A stretch of DNA of 64,000 nucleotides from positions 52,826,001-52,890,000 of the forward strand of contig CM052816.1 in NCBI GenBank assembly GCA_028534125.1. The letters run 5' to 3'. Source of the stretch: Lama glama. Taxonomy: Eukaryota. Of the stretch, positions 40,323 through 53,794 are shown one piece after another (position 1 is the stretch's first letter; every line of letters starts with the position of its first letter). Position numbers and translations under genes: made by a program. The notes beneath the pieces were generated by a model, which saw only the letters and a list, made by a program, of their open reading frames with translations, was not told the origin of the DNA and ran no database searches.

Positions 40323-42373
40323 CTGCAATGTTAAATGTACATATAAACAAGAAATAATTAAAACGAGAACTTCAGCTTTTTATTTGATTGATTTATATGA
40401 ATTTGCCAATATTTGATAATTTCTGACCTACAAATAGCAATTACATATGATTCAGACTAATATCTTATTAGATTTATGCATTCAGAAAATAGTTTTATAA
40501 TAGCTATGAGCTGTCTAGTAAGATAGAATTCAAGTGAGAAGATGTCTAAAAATGAAGTCATCAGCATAGGTATGTTAGGTCTAAATCATAAAAATGTATA
40601 AGATTTCTGAAGAATTACAGTCATGAACCTACCCTAAGAATAAAAATAAGTTAAAGAATAAAGAGTTATCAAAAAGAATAAAGCATTATACCAAAAGAGG
40701 AGGTCAATGTCAAATATCACAGAATGGTAATTTTAAATTTAATTTAAATTTAAAGGATCACTTATGTGTCTACTTTGAAAGGTATTGACCTTTCAAAGTA
40801 GAGCTTGAATACTGGTGAGGATGGAAGACAGTGCAGAGGATTATGGTGTGAGTAAATGGTTTAAAAAGATGCAGTGAGAACATTAACTTGTATTAGAAAT
40901 TTGGCAGTGCAAGAGAGAAACAGGATAGCAAGTAGAGAAGACAGAACACAACAAAGGGAGAGTTCTTGTGTGTGTCTGCAACACTGCCTTCTATGTATTC
41001 TCCCTCACCCCATTCATACTTCACTCACAAAACAGAAGAGTTCAATATGCAGAGACAAAGAAAATGATTCTATACCAGAGAACAAGGAAACTGAATAGTG
41101 AAAAAAAGGAGGCTAACTAAAAGCATTAGAAGATGGGGCCTGAAATAATGACAGCAGTAGGTTAAAATTACTAGAGTAGAAGAATTTTTTTTTCTTACAG
41201 TTAAAGAATTTTGACACTAAAAAAATAGGAAAAAGAAGTACTTAGAAGATCCAGTAGGATCAAGTCAAGAGTATTTTTCAAGGATGAGAAGACCTACGTA
41301 TGCTGTAAAGCTGAAAGAGAGGGACCAGAGGGAAACAGAATGAAGTTGCTAGAAAGGGGAAAGGTAAATGAGGGGAAAGACCTGAAAAAACTGAAAGAAT
41401 AGGATATCTGACAGGTTAACTTTAGATCTGTCATATAATCTAAGCAGGCCTATAATTTTAACAACTCCTTTTATTTATTTTTTTATTGCTTTAGAAAGGC
41501 TATTTTGAAAAAGAGTTTATTGTCAGGGTACTGCTTTTTTTTTTTTTTTTTTACATAGAATAATGCCACATGCCAAACTATCAGATTGCATAATGTATAT
41601 AGCACTTTATAAATTATTTAATATTCAAAAGAGCACAAGTAACTAAAATAATATACACCCATTGTGCAATTTAGCAAACCAAACACCAAAGCAGGAGATT
41701 CAATTTCACATTTACAAACTCTTAAGATGTTCAATTATAATAATATCCAAAACTAAAATATTCTAAATTTGATATTTTCCTATAAATGCCAAAACCCTTC
41801 ATTCTTCTTAACCTCAATTTACAGAGGTCATCAACTTGGCACCTGTGAGAACAATTCTGCCTCCAGAGTCAGTTCTCACTGAAATATTCAACAACATGTA
41901 AATCAATTTGAGAGAACAGAGTATCTTCAGAGCACTTAATCTTTAAAGTAAAATCAATTTACATTCATAAAAATATAGCTTGCATTAATTATCAATGTTT
42001 GAAGTATAAAAGAACTAATTTTATTTCAATAAGAGAATCATCACATGAAGATAGTATTTTCTTCCACCTTTAAGTAATGAAACTAAATTTCAGTCAACAA
42101 CAAGCATGAGGGAATGCAAAAAGACTGCTCATATCTTACCAACTGGAAAGATTCAACACTTATATTCATGTTTATTATGTTTATCATTTTTTTACAACTA
42201 AAGAATTTCATATTATTTTTAAAAATTAAAATTTATAACTAAAAGACTTCCAAACCAGTTAAGAACATAAATGTACTACTTTTAACTGATACACAAGCTG
42301 AAATTATTCAAGTAATTCTTTCAGCACCATGATGACAGTTGGACGGTAAACAGAGTAGTTGTGGGAAAGCTAC

Positions 42374-42465
42374 CTTCTACACAGATGTATTTATTTCTCC
42401 ATTCAATACCATCAGGCCTGGGAATGGCTTTGGCTTCACGAACTGAAATCATCTGACTATTCCAG
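42374..42465 (-). CDS. TENT2: TENT2 coding exon (92 nt)
   Basis: tttttatag|(D)WNSQMISVREAKAIPRPDGIEWRNKYICVE(E)|gtagct; phases 2 and 1. Confidence 0.96.
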
Positions 42466-43051
42466 CTATAAAAAGAAAAACATTAATCATGTTAAGTATC
42501 TTCTTAACTTCCCTTTTATTATTTTCATTGTACCAGTAGTTAGGCCTAGTCCAATTTTCTCATAGAAATGAAATCTGCCTCAGCCTTCTGCACCTCAATC
42601 CCCATTTCCCCTTCCCTACTTCTTTTGTCTCTGTAACACTTACATTCTAATAATTTGCTGATTTATTATGTTATTTATTGTTTCCCTCAAGCAGAATGAA
42701 AGCTCCAAGATGCTGTTATTTATGTATTTTTTCTCACTGTTCAACTACTTACTATAAACCAGGTATTCAACACATATTTATTGAATAAATGAAGTAATAT
42801 GAAAATAGGCAAGTGTTAAGTAAACAAAAAACCATGTTCCTTGCTAACATCCCAGTAAGAACTTTTTTATTTTTTAAGAAAGAGGTAATCTTCTTGTATT
42901 GTTTTTTGGTATCATTAAATAATTTTTGTTCAGGTGCACCTCTATTGATTGACTTATGGTAAAAAAACCTTTTTTTGGAGATTTTTCCAATAGAAGCAAG
43001 TGGATGTTGCTTAAGAAAAACAAAATTCATATTCTATGAAAACACACTGTT

Positions 43052-43093
43052 GTCTACAGCCATACCACCCTGAATGTGCCCGATCTCAGCTGA
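43052..43093 (+). pseudogene. 3'-truncated (tailless) 5S rRNA retropseudogene, 5S nt 1-42
   Basis: gtctacagccataccaccctgaatgtgcccgatctcagctga matches 37/42 of mammalian 5S GTCTACGGCCATACCACCCTGAACGCGCCCGATCTCGTCTGA; flanked by a TSD. Confidence 0.92.
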
Positions 43094-45099
43094 AAACATA
43101 CTGTTATTGCTATATATCAGATGTGTCTGTTAATAGCGAAGTTTTAGTCAAGTAAACAATTTTCTCAGCATGCCTAAAGATAGATTGTCCAGTCTTCAGT
43201 ATGTCCTAACCTTACACTATTTTTAAAATTTCTTTACAATTATAATAATTTTGTAAAAGTATAATTTTCTTTAAAAAAAATTTTAAAACATGACCACTTA
43301 GCTTGCATTAAAAGAAAATGAGTTTGAGAATAGCTAGTATCTTTATTTCAGTCGTATTCAGCTTTCTCCATCATTTGAGTAAGAAGAGAAAGACCATGGT
43401 TTGGGACCCTTCAAATTCAACACTGGTCCTACTCTTCCTCTATTTATCAGATAGAGAATCCATAAAGATATAATCATGGGTACAGTATGGCATTTGTTTC
43501 TGGAAAACTGATTAATTTCTACATTAAACATGCAATAAAATATTACATCTTGTGAAGTTTGGTAATTTAAAAGAATCCTCAAAGTATGATCTTCTATTTT
43601 CTCTTTCTAAGAGTACAGTTTAGAAATAGTTTGCAGAGACAGCTTTAAGTGCTTTAAAAATATATATCAGAATTTATGGTTTTAAAGGATGTGGGTTGTC
43701 AAAAAGAAATACTTAGTATCGGTTACAGTAAGATGTTTTAGATCCTTCATGTACAGCAGCTCCATTAGTATGGACTCCAAAGAGAAAAGAAGTACACTGT
43801 TCTACTGGTCCAAGTGTGTTTCCAAAATTTTCTTTAAAAATAACAATGTAAAAGGGGAGAGTTATATAACCACATGCCTGAACTAAACAAGATTACAGTA
43901 GAATTACACTTTGGACTACTTCACTTTAGACCACTTAAGACAAATTTCACTAATAAAGTGAAACTTTTCCTAAGACTACTTGTTTCTAATGTCAACTAAC
44001 AGGACAGCTAAATCTACAGTAGAATTAAAACTGCAACTATTACGTTAAAAAGTACTGGACTGATTTTTTTTTTCTCTCAGACAAGTTTAAAATATTGAAA
44101 TACTGTATCCTGTTGTTAAAACTTTTACTTCCTTAAATCAAAGGAACTATCCTCACCACTATACTTCTATTAAATCCAATCCTAAATTTATATTACATGA
44201 CAGAACGTGGTTCTAAACTGGTTCATAGTAACATATGTGACATAGCTATATTCACTTCTTCATCCCTAACCAGCTATTGCTTAATCTTCAACCTATAATC
44301 AACCCAAACAATTTAGTTATTTAAATGACTATATCATTTGAAGAACTTTATAGAGGGGAAAAAAAAGAATATTTGACTCACTACTACTTAGACCAATTCA
44401 ATCTACTGCATTTTCAAAGAACTTTTAAATACATTTAAATTATTAAATATTTCAAATCATAAAACATGCCTATAACTTGTATACTATTTTTACCCTTAGA
44501 GGTGAATATAAATGCAGAATTTAAATGGTAATTTAGAAATGCTTTCCCAACACATTTCCTTCTTTAAAACAGGCTCTAAACTAAGCCCTTTATCATACCA
44601 TATTTCCCTACCATAATTTGCTTGCCATGTGAAAATCTGTTGTCGCCCAATAATTAAAGTGTAAAATAAGATACAGACTATAAAAGAGGGATGTTTCAGA
44701 AAAGAACAGATACGGGGCTTAATTTAATCTAAAATAGATTTCATAATCTATGATAATCTTTTGAATACAGAACTGAGATTACTGGCTCTATATTGGTAAG
44801 AAGCTTGTTTTTTTTCTTTAGCACTGATAATGGACTGGTACTCATCTATTATTTCTTCTCTAGCCATTCTTTTTGTGACAAATAGCATTTTGAGATGATT
44901 GTAAATTGGAAATGTAGTCTTCAACAATGTAACAGAGAAAAATTTAAGTCTGACAAAGTCAAAATTAATGGGTCTGATACCACTAGGCTGCATATATGCT
45001 AATACTAGTCAAATTAAGTGAACAAATGTATATTTTTGTTCTATTACTAAGGGCTGGGAAGCAAACAAACAAAAAAACACATTTTGTTAGGGATTTCAA

Positions 45100-47870
45100 A
45101 CCCTGGAAACAGAGGAAAAGTTAACTCTAATCCTTGAGTTTTGTTTTATTTTGACTGGCTCTTCTTCTGCCTGACCCTTTATATGCTGGTGTCCATCTGA
45201 ACTTTGCCTCTTTCAATCTTCAAATGCTAGAGCACCCAACCCAGACTTCAATACTCTGATACTTCTTTCCCAGATTTTCTCTCCAGCTCTCACCTTTCTA
45301 CTAAGCCCCAGGCCAAAATTTACAACTAACTATTGGACACTGCCACCTAGATGTCCTACAGGCAACACTGTCCCACATTTTCAAGACTGAATTTAATATA
45401 TCTTGCCCATGGTCAATTATTAAAATCACTCCTTTGCATATCACTCAACTCTCTTACCTGCTCTTGCTGCACTGAAGCTATTAGGCTGAAGAAACAGCTA
45501 TAATTTAATCTTTGTTTACTCCAATCCCTTCCCAAGCAGCCAAAAAGGGCTAGAGAAAAATATGCAACCATGCTGACCTTTCAATTCATGATCAGTTTAA
45601 ATTCACTTTAAATTTATGATGACTTAGCTTAAAAGGATCCTAAATGCTGCCACCCACCAATCATACTATATTTCCACAGTTAATTCACTCCTTTATTTTT
45701 CTCCATGACAATTCATACCTCACTTTTCAAATCTCCCCCTTCTCAATCATTCCCACCTGATTTCCATGCTTCATTTCACTAAAAACACTAAAACAATCAA
45801 AAGATCATTTCCACTAGCTCCTACCACATCAACCTGCATCTGTCTGTATATGTTTTTTCCCATTATTAATAATGAATTGTTTATGCTTCTACTCCACCTG
45901 TGCTCTAGATTCCAATCCTCTACTCAAAAAAGTAGACCATTCAATATTTACTATAATTTTCCTCATCTCATCAATTTTGCCATCAAGATGGGTTATTTCT
46001 CCTTTCTAAAAACAAGAACTCAATCCTTCTTAATCCTTCAATTTCTACCCCATTTTTCCTGCTCCCTTAACAAGTATGTAAATTCCTTTAGAGAATTAAC
46101 TACATCATCTGTACCTAAATCTTCCCCTCCTGTTCTCTCTTTAGCCCACACCAGTGATGCTTTTTATCCACATTATGCCACAGAAACTGCTCCTGGCAAG
46201 GGTCCAGTGGACTTCATGTGGACCAATGTTCCAGTGGTCAGCTTCCAGTTCTCATCTTATACTTGATCTATCAGAAAATGTGACACAGATAATCACTTCC
46301 TCCTCAAAACATTTTCCCCCTTGGATTCCAAGATACCATATTATATTGGCTTTCCTTTTTTCTCGAGGATTCTTCCTTTTTTAGACTCCTACATAATAGT
46401 TCCTTCTCATACCTAATCTCATTTTTATTTCATCTTTGTATTATGAAATTCTTCAAAGAGAAAAAATGAAAAGCATAAAACTCAAAAACAATTCAACAGT
46501 TGTTAATATTTTGCCACATTTGCTTGCGTCTGCACATATATGTGTGTGTTTTGAACTGAATCTTTTATTAAGCTATAGATAGCATGAAATTTCATTTCTT
46601 TATCCTTTGGCATATGTCTAAGAATAAAGCTATTCTCCTTTATAACACCAACAGCATCTAGGAATTAACAGTAACTCAAATGCCTTGTAACAATTTCTCC
46701 ACCTCAATCAGAATATAATCAAGGTTCACCTATCGTATTTGATTGCTTCATCTCTTTAATCTGGAAACGTTCCCTCCACTAAAATGACATTGATTTTTTA
46801 AGAGATTAGGCCAGCTGTTTCACAGAATACCTACATTCTGTCTTCTTTGTGTCATTTAAAGTATTCCTGTACCTTCTGTATTTCCTGTACTCCTCTTAGT
46901 ATCAGAGTATCTAAGGGTTTAGTCTTTGGGCCTTTTCTCTTTTCTATCTATATTCCCTTGGTTTTCTCAAAAAAGTTTTCGAGCTTTAAATACCATCTTT
47001 CTGCTGACAACTCCCAAATATATAGCTCTAACTGTGATCTCTCTCCTGAATCCTAGACTTGTATATCCAACTCTCTACTCAGTATCTCAACCTGAATATT
47101 TTGTGGGTATCTCAATCTTAAAATATTCCTTCAAGATCAATAATGTTCCTCCCTTGTCTTCTGCATCACACCTAATGGCAACACTATCCTTTCAATCTGT
47201 TGCAAATCAAAATTTACATGGAATTTGGCCACTTCTCATCCATTTCCACAGCAATCATCTTTATGCAAGCCACTTGATTTCTCTCAGATGATTACAGTAT
47301 CTAAGCAGTTTTCTTGCTTCTGCCCTTAGATCGCCCTTCGGTCTATTCTTATCCAGCAACCAAGGTGAGCGTATTATAAACTAAATCAGATTACATAGTT
47401 TCTCTATTGAAACCCCTCCAGTAGTTTCCCATTTTACCCAGAGGAAAAGTCAAAGTCATCAAAATTAACTATTAAGACCCTACATGATGTGGACTTCCTT
47501 AACTCTCTGGCATTATTAACTTCCACTCTCTCCCAGTTCTCCCAGCTCTCTTTGCTGTTCCTTGAACATGTTAGGCAAACCTCTACCTCACGATCTTGCA
47601 GTTGCTTTTCCTTGTTTGGAAAGCTCTTTTCTCGTACAGATACATATAGACCTTCCTCTCCATCGGGTCTTTATTTCAAAGGTCAACTTTTCTGTGACAT
47701 TTTCCCTCACCATGCTAGGTACTAAACTGCAATATAGGTATTAAAATTGCAACAACTACACACACCAGAATCTCCTTTTTCACTTGTGCTTTATTTTTCT
47801 CCACTTACCACCATCTAACATAGTACACGTTTTATTTGTTTACTGTCTCTTTCTTCATACTACAATGCAT
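45100..47870 (+). mobile_element. Long decayed L2 region, interrupted by an old L1-like fragment (~46420-46880)
   Basis: cagaaactgctcctggcaag...cagttctcatcttatacttgatc, gctttaaataccatct..ctgctgacaactcccaaat, ctagacttgtatatccaact, aaacccctccagtagtttcccatt. Confidence 0.75.
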
Positions 47871-48671
47871 AGAAAATAGTTTTGTATAGAACACTCAATG
47901 ATTAAATAAAATAAGGAAAAAATAAGAATAAGAAAAGATATAGAAAAATTGGGCTTTTGTAAGGTTCCTTTAAAAAAAAAGTATCTAAGTATATAAGCAT
48001 ATACTTTCAATTCAACAGATAAACTAGCAGTAATGACATGTGATTAGGCATCCAGAAAATAAAGAGGAGTATAAAGTAGGTACCTTTTAAGGTTCCTAGA
48101 ATCTCCAGTATCTATGAGTCTATAAGATATTTAAAACAAATTTTTTTTTTGCTATACAAAAAAATTCAAAATGATTAAATTCTGATTGTATTTTTTTCCT
48201 AGATTTCATGAGCCATCTGATCCCTTTTTTCCCCTATTTTGTCAATTCCCTGTTCCTAGGTGCATTTCTAGGAACCTGGCTTCCTTTTAAGAATTTTCAG
48301 CAGCAAGGTTTAAGGAGAAAGCTGTAAGTGAAGTAGGTAAATAAATCTTAGTAATTTTTAAATGGCCATACAAAATTTCTGCAATAGTCATACTATATAC
48401 TGAAGCATCCTTTAACAGGTACTTAATTCTTTGTCTCTAAGTAAAGGGAATTTTTAAATTAATTATCTCAAAGTTCAGAAGAAATTCTTAAAAAAACCTC
48501 TAATGGCCAGAATTCTTTTGCACAGCACCTAGTTCATTACCATGACTACATTCTTGGCTATGCTCCTTACAGTCAAATTTCTGAAATATCTGGTATGAAT
48601 CAACAATGCACTTGACAAATAAACTATATGATAAAACAGTAGGTGAAGATGTCACCTAAATAAAGCATCAC

Positions 48672-48727
48672 AGAAATTGCCACAACATTGCATTGTAAAT
48701 TGACTATATACTTCAATTAAAAAAAAA
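48672..48727 (+). mobile_element. Very short L1 3'-terminal fragment with A-tail
   Basis: cagaaattgccacaacattg...taaattgactata..cttcaattaaaaaaaaa resembles the L1 3' ends at 9802-9845 (reverse) and 15390-15440. Confidence 0.6.
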
Positions 48728-49019
48728 TAATACTGCGTCATGACAACAAATGCATCCAAAAGTTCAAAACCTCTTCCCAAGCATCAGAATCCTAGCCGGT
48801 ATTATTTGATGCAGCAAGTTAGTTTCTGTTAATATGATACTAACACACAAACCTGCACATCTACCATTTTGTTTCAGTCCAACGAAGTAGGTGATTTTCA
48901 AGGTATTTCTCTAGATGCTCTAATCCTGAACTAAACCTGGCAGAAAAATACCTTTCTTCTATGAATCCTTTCCCTCTCTACAAACTTCTGTCAGTGTCTA
49001 ATTTATGACTCCACAGATG

Positions 49020-49245
49020 ATGCCAATAGAGTTTAACAATTAAGAATACGGTTTTAGAGTCACTAGAATTTGAATCCCAGTTCTCTGCCTATCTAACTGT
49101 ATCATCCTGGGCAAGTTTCAAGTTACACAAATTCCTTAAGCTTGACAGGAAGTTATTGTGAGAATTAAATGAGATAATACGTGGGAATCACTCAGCATAC
49201 TGCAGGGCACTAAGTAACCATTCACTAAACATTAGCTATTATCGT
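49020..49245 (+). mobile_element. MIR SINE
   Basis: ttaagaatacggttttagagtca...tttgaatcccagttct...ctgggcaagtt...gttattgtgagaattaaatgagataatac. Confidence 0.8.
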
Positions 49246-49749
49246 TGCTACATCTTTAACATCTTATCTCTAGAATAACCTTTATAGACTCTTATGTCCC
49301 ATGTCTCTTATAACTGTAAATCTTTCCTCATCTTTATATAAATGAAGGCTCCTTCTTTTTTATCTTTGTTGCCTAGACTTACACATGGGTTCTGGTCATT
49401 TTTAACCTGGATTATTATAACTTCATTCTTACCGAACTACCTTTCTTCAGCACTCTTCTCATTTCTTTTCTTAGCCTAATTCAGTAATTTTTAAGTCACC
49501 TTAAGGGTCTTTGACTTATATCCATAATCTTACTTTCTGCTTTAAAATTATTTATCTGTAATAACTATGTTTCAAGTACCCACTATCTGGCATTGGGCTA
49601 GGTACTAGAAGCACAACTGTACACAAAACAGACACAGTCTGATAGAAGCTTTACTTGGAGGAATTTAAAGAACACTTCTTCTTTCAGGTCCTATGATTCA
49701 AGTCATCTTACACAAGTCAGGTTTCTTTAGAATCACTGTATCATAGCAG

Positions 49750-49995
49750 ATAAGGTAATACAAACACTGCAGTAAAGTACCATATTTGTAGTCAAAACTA
49801 TCTGAGGTATTCCCCTTACTAGCTGTATGATCTTTGGGCTAGTTTCCTCACCTCTATAGGCTCACTAGTAAAACGGGCATAAAATAATACCAACCTATTT
49901 GGCTGATCTATAAACTGAACGAGATAATACATATAACGTGCTTAGAACAGTTTTTCCCACCAAATAACAGCAATTTATTACTCTTACTATTATTG
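49750..49995 (+). mobile_element. MIR SINE
   Basis: cttactagctgtatgatctttgggctagttt...gagataatacatataacgtgcttagaacag. Confidence 0.75.
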
Positions 49996-50505
49996 CTCCC
50001 CTCTTCAAATCTCTTCAAAGTGGTACCCTTTGGTCATTGTACCCTCTCCTCTAACTCTGTACAACTCCTAAGTCCTCTCATTCACTCCTTCAAGCTTTTC
50101 CAAATTGATAAGAAGAGCTGTGAACAACCCCTAACCCCACTCTATCTAGACTAAGAACTCCCAAAAGAACTTTGAGGTATGGCCAGCCTGATTAAACACT
50201 TCACTGTTTCAATGTCTACATATTACCCTCACAAAAAATAAAAAAAGTTAAAAAGGCAGCTAAATGTAAAATGAAATCACTACTAAATCAACTAAAACTG
50301 GGCTTTTTGAGCTGTCATTTTTTTTATTAGCTAGAAACAGTAAATCTATTTAGTTTCTAAAAATTAATCATTAGATATTAAATTTTATAAACTACACATT
50401 TCTGATATAGTTTACAACACTGAAATTAACAAATATAGCTTCTGATCCAATTTGTAGCATTCACTTACATATAAATGAATAAACACAATTTGAAGTTTCA
50501 CTTAC

Positions 50506-50642
50506 TCAAATTCTGTAGCATAATATTTAAGAAAGCCCAGTAAGAGGTCCCCAAGATTTGATTCATTCTTTGAGAGGTAAGGAGGAACATTACATGGAGC
50601 TTGATGTACGAGGTGCAGCTGTATAGCAGGACTAAAAGATTC
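50506..50642 (-). CDS. TENT2: TENT2 coding exon (137 nt; PAP-associated domain start)
   Basis: tttttgacag|ESFSPAIQLHLVHQAPCNVPPYLSKNESNLGDLLLGFLKYYATEF(D)|gtaagt; phases 0 and 2. Confidence 0.97.
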
Positions 50643-53600
50643 CTGTCAAAAAGAAAGAGGGAAAAATGTGAGCCCATTTAAACACACACCAAAAAACTTT
50701 ATAAATTCTAACATAAGGCTTTCTGAAGAAGATAAAATTTTCTTTATGTTGGCAATTTAGAAATTTGAAGATTTTCTTCCAGTAAAGATTTCACCAATGT
50801 CTGGAGTAGGCCAGAAAATACCTAAAAAACTAAGATATTCTAATCCTTGGCTGAAATATATCACTCAGTTAACAAATGAATTCCTATGGCAACAAAAGAT
50901 TTTCTAATTCATAAATAAAATCTTACTGTGCATACCAAGATTCCATCCAATAATACACAGATTTCTTTATAAATGTATTTCCTTAATTATTTCTATAAAG
51001 AACAGTTGTACTTTCTGAAGTGTATCAAGGACTAGATGATAGCTTTTTCTGACTGCCACATAAAATTTCTCTCAAATGTTATGAAAGTAAGTTTAATATA
51101 TAAATAGTACTTACACTGATTTTAAGATTTTTAAAATTCTGTTGTATTTCATTTTTGTATTTTGTATCTTAGAAGGAAAAGAAATAATGTTCAACATGAG
51201 TTGAACTTGAAAAGAAGAAAGATAAGAAACATACCAGTAAGGAATTCACTTTTAGCACAGTATTGATAAAGAAGGATATCATTTGCTTGCAACCCAGGCC
51301 CAAAAAAGACACCTGTTAGAACACTATGAGTACTTATTCTTTTTGCCTGTGGTATGCCATTCATTTTCCTATCTGATCTTTCTACTAGCAGCAAGTTGTG
51401 GCTCTAAAACAAATGAACTACAGAAATTCTCAAGTAATATATATCCATATGTAAGAAAATACTCTTTCTCACGTAATTTCACTGTCCTCAAAAGAGATTT
51501 TCTATATTCCCCTTTGCCACCAAAGTAGAAATAGATTTAAAAAACAAACAGAAAAATCCAACTGGTTAAGATAGCAGAATGATAACTACATTTAAGGCTC
51601 TCAACTACCCAACAGATGAACCTTGGATTTACAGATATTAATTCAATTAGTAATACCTAAATAACTGCAATATTAAAAAATAGTGACTCCCCAAATAAGT
51701 AAGTGGTTAAAATGGAGAAATAGGGTAGTGCATCTATTTAACAGCAGTCCTCAAAAATCATCAGTAAAAACAAGGAACAGGAAAATAAAAATAACCTCTC
51801 CCCCTGCCCCATTACCTTTAATTCTATCCACAATTTTTAACTACCAAGAAGTGATTACCTTTCTGTCAGAAGAAAAATTCTACTCCAATTACAATTCACA
51901 AAGTTGGAATTCCTAAACATGGGACTTCCTGGTATACTTCTAACAGACTTAGTATTACATTATATGACTCAAGTAGAAATCTTATTTGTCTCTAAGACTA
52001 GGGAGAGTAGGAGAGAAGCATCAATTTGTAATAAAGAGTAAAGGCAGAGGGAAGAGCAGGTATACTGCCTCTACCACCCTTGTCTCTTACTTGTTAAGTG
52101 TAAATTAGGACTTAAGACAACATTATTTAAAATTTACAATTTTAAGTAATATTTTCTGGGAAATTAAACAAAACGGTATAACATAAGTTCAAATGACAAA
52201 GAAAAAAGTGGGTCACTGTTTAATAGTTTCTGTTCTGAAAGCTTCTCACTAATTTTGATTTCTAGCACGATAAGCATTCAATTTATGAAATAATACTGAA
52301 ACAGAACAGCCATTTTCTTAACTGAAGTTTGAAACTGTTTGAACCACTTTTAAGATGTTTTACTTTCTTCAATAATTTAAAGAAACAGATAAGTGACTGT
52401 AAGATTACAACTGAAGAGTTGTGAGACCTACTATACTAAAATACTGAATGACCCTGGAACAACAGTTTGGCCGGTGTTCTCTTAGCTCCACTGTTCTTTT
52501 TCAAGGTCATATACAAAAATTGGTCTTGTCAAACCTACTGAGGGAAAAGTGAAGGAGCAATCCAAACAAACAAACTAATTAACTAACAAACAAACAGGAT
52601 CCAACTATAAGAAACTATAAGTAAAAAGGAATTCTATTTAACCTTAAGTAATCCCCATTTTTGGTTATCATTCATATTACAAGAAAGAGTTTCTGCTTTA
52701 AGAAAAATTTTAAAAAAGAATTTTTTTCAAGGAGCTCCCCAACTGCATTATATACTGAAGAACAATATATGTTACTTCAGATAGGATGGGTGTGGGCAGA
52801 GCATATGCTAATATGTTAGAAAGCACATAAAGAGCAATCCAAAAGCCAAAGAAATAAAAGCAGCCTTAAAATTACAATCTAAATCCATGGAAAGACAATC
52901 TAACTGATACAATATAACATCTATCTCTCAAAGCATTTTTTTCTTTAGATTACCAATATTTACTGGTCTAATTTTTTTTAATGTAGGGAAGATATTTTAT
53001 TATTATTTTTTAAGGTTGTATCTTATTTTGGGCTTCTAATGTCCAAATATGTAATGACTTAATTCCTGAAAAAATTTTCCAAATGATATTTAAATGCTGG
53101 TATTTTTGAAGACATATCTTCCATTTCTCTTCAATTAATGCTGAGTTAAGAAAATTTTAAATAGGTAATCTCTTACCTATTTAAAATCTGGAAAGTTTCA
53201 TCATTTTTGCCCATACAACTGCCTAGCAAAACATACAACTGCCCATACAACTGCCTAGCAAAAACATCTTTTGCCAAATTCCATCATTTTCTGAGGCTGT
53301 GTCATAATATCTTACTTGTATATGACCTTCAAAGTCTGAAATTTGGACAATTAAGCACTTTCTGAACTAAATTAGACTGGCTAAGAGTACTTGGTAACTG
53401 TTCTTTAAAACGATGGATAGCTTAAATGAAAGATGACTATTTTTCATCTCTAGGCAAAAAAATTTAATATGCACAATTTTCTAACAATATGAATTGTTAA
53501 AGCCTAGAAATAATGTTGAGGAAGATCTCAAAGAAAAGGATAACTGATACACAGCACTTAGGTGGAGTTCTACCTTAACAGAAAAAGAACTAAATGATAT

Positions 53601-53794
53601 ATTGAAGTTCTACCAAGATTTCTTAATTGAAGGCAGATCCTTACCACTAATCAGTGGTACATTAAAGTGGTACACTAAACCAGTGATGTACATTAAAGAC
53701 TGAAAATTAAACTGCCTTTAAAATAAAACTTATATGAGTGATACCTTTAAAGTTTTGAAATCAATGTTAAGTATTTAACATAAAATGGAAGTAC

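Noticed and set aside
43052..43093. Functional 5S rRNA gene
   Set aside because: Only 42 of ~120 nt, with CpG decay and no internal promoter or terminator
45766..46266. 166-aa plus-strand ORF
   Set aside because: Lies in a decayed L2 relic
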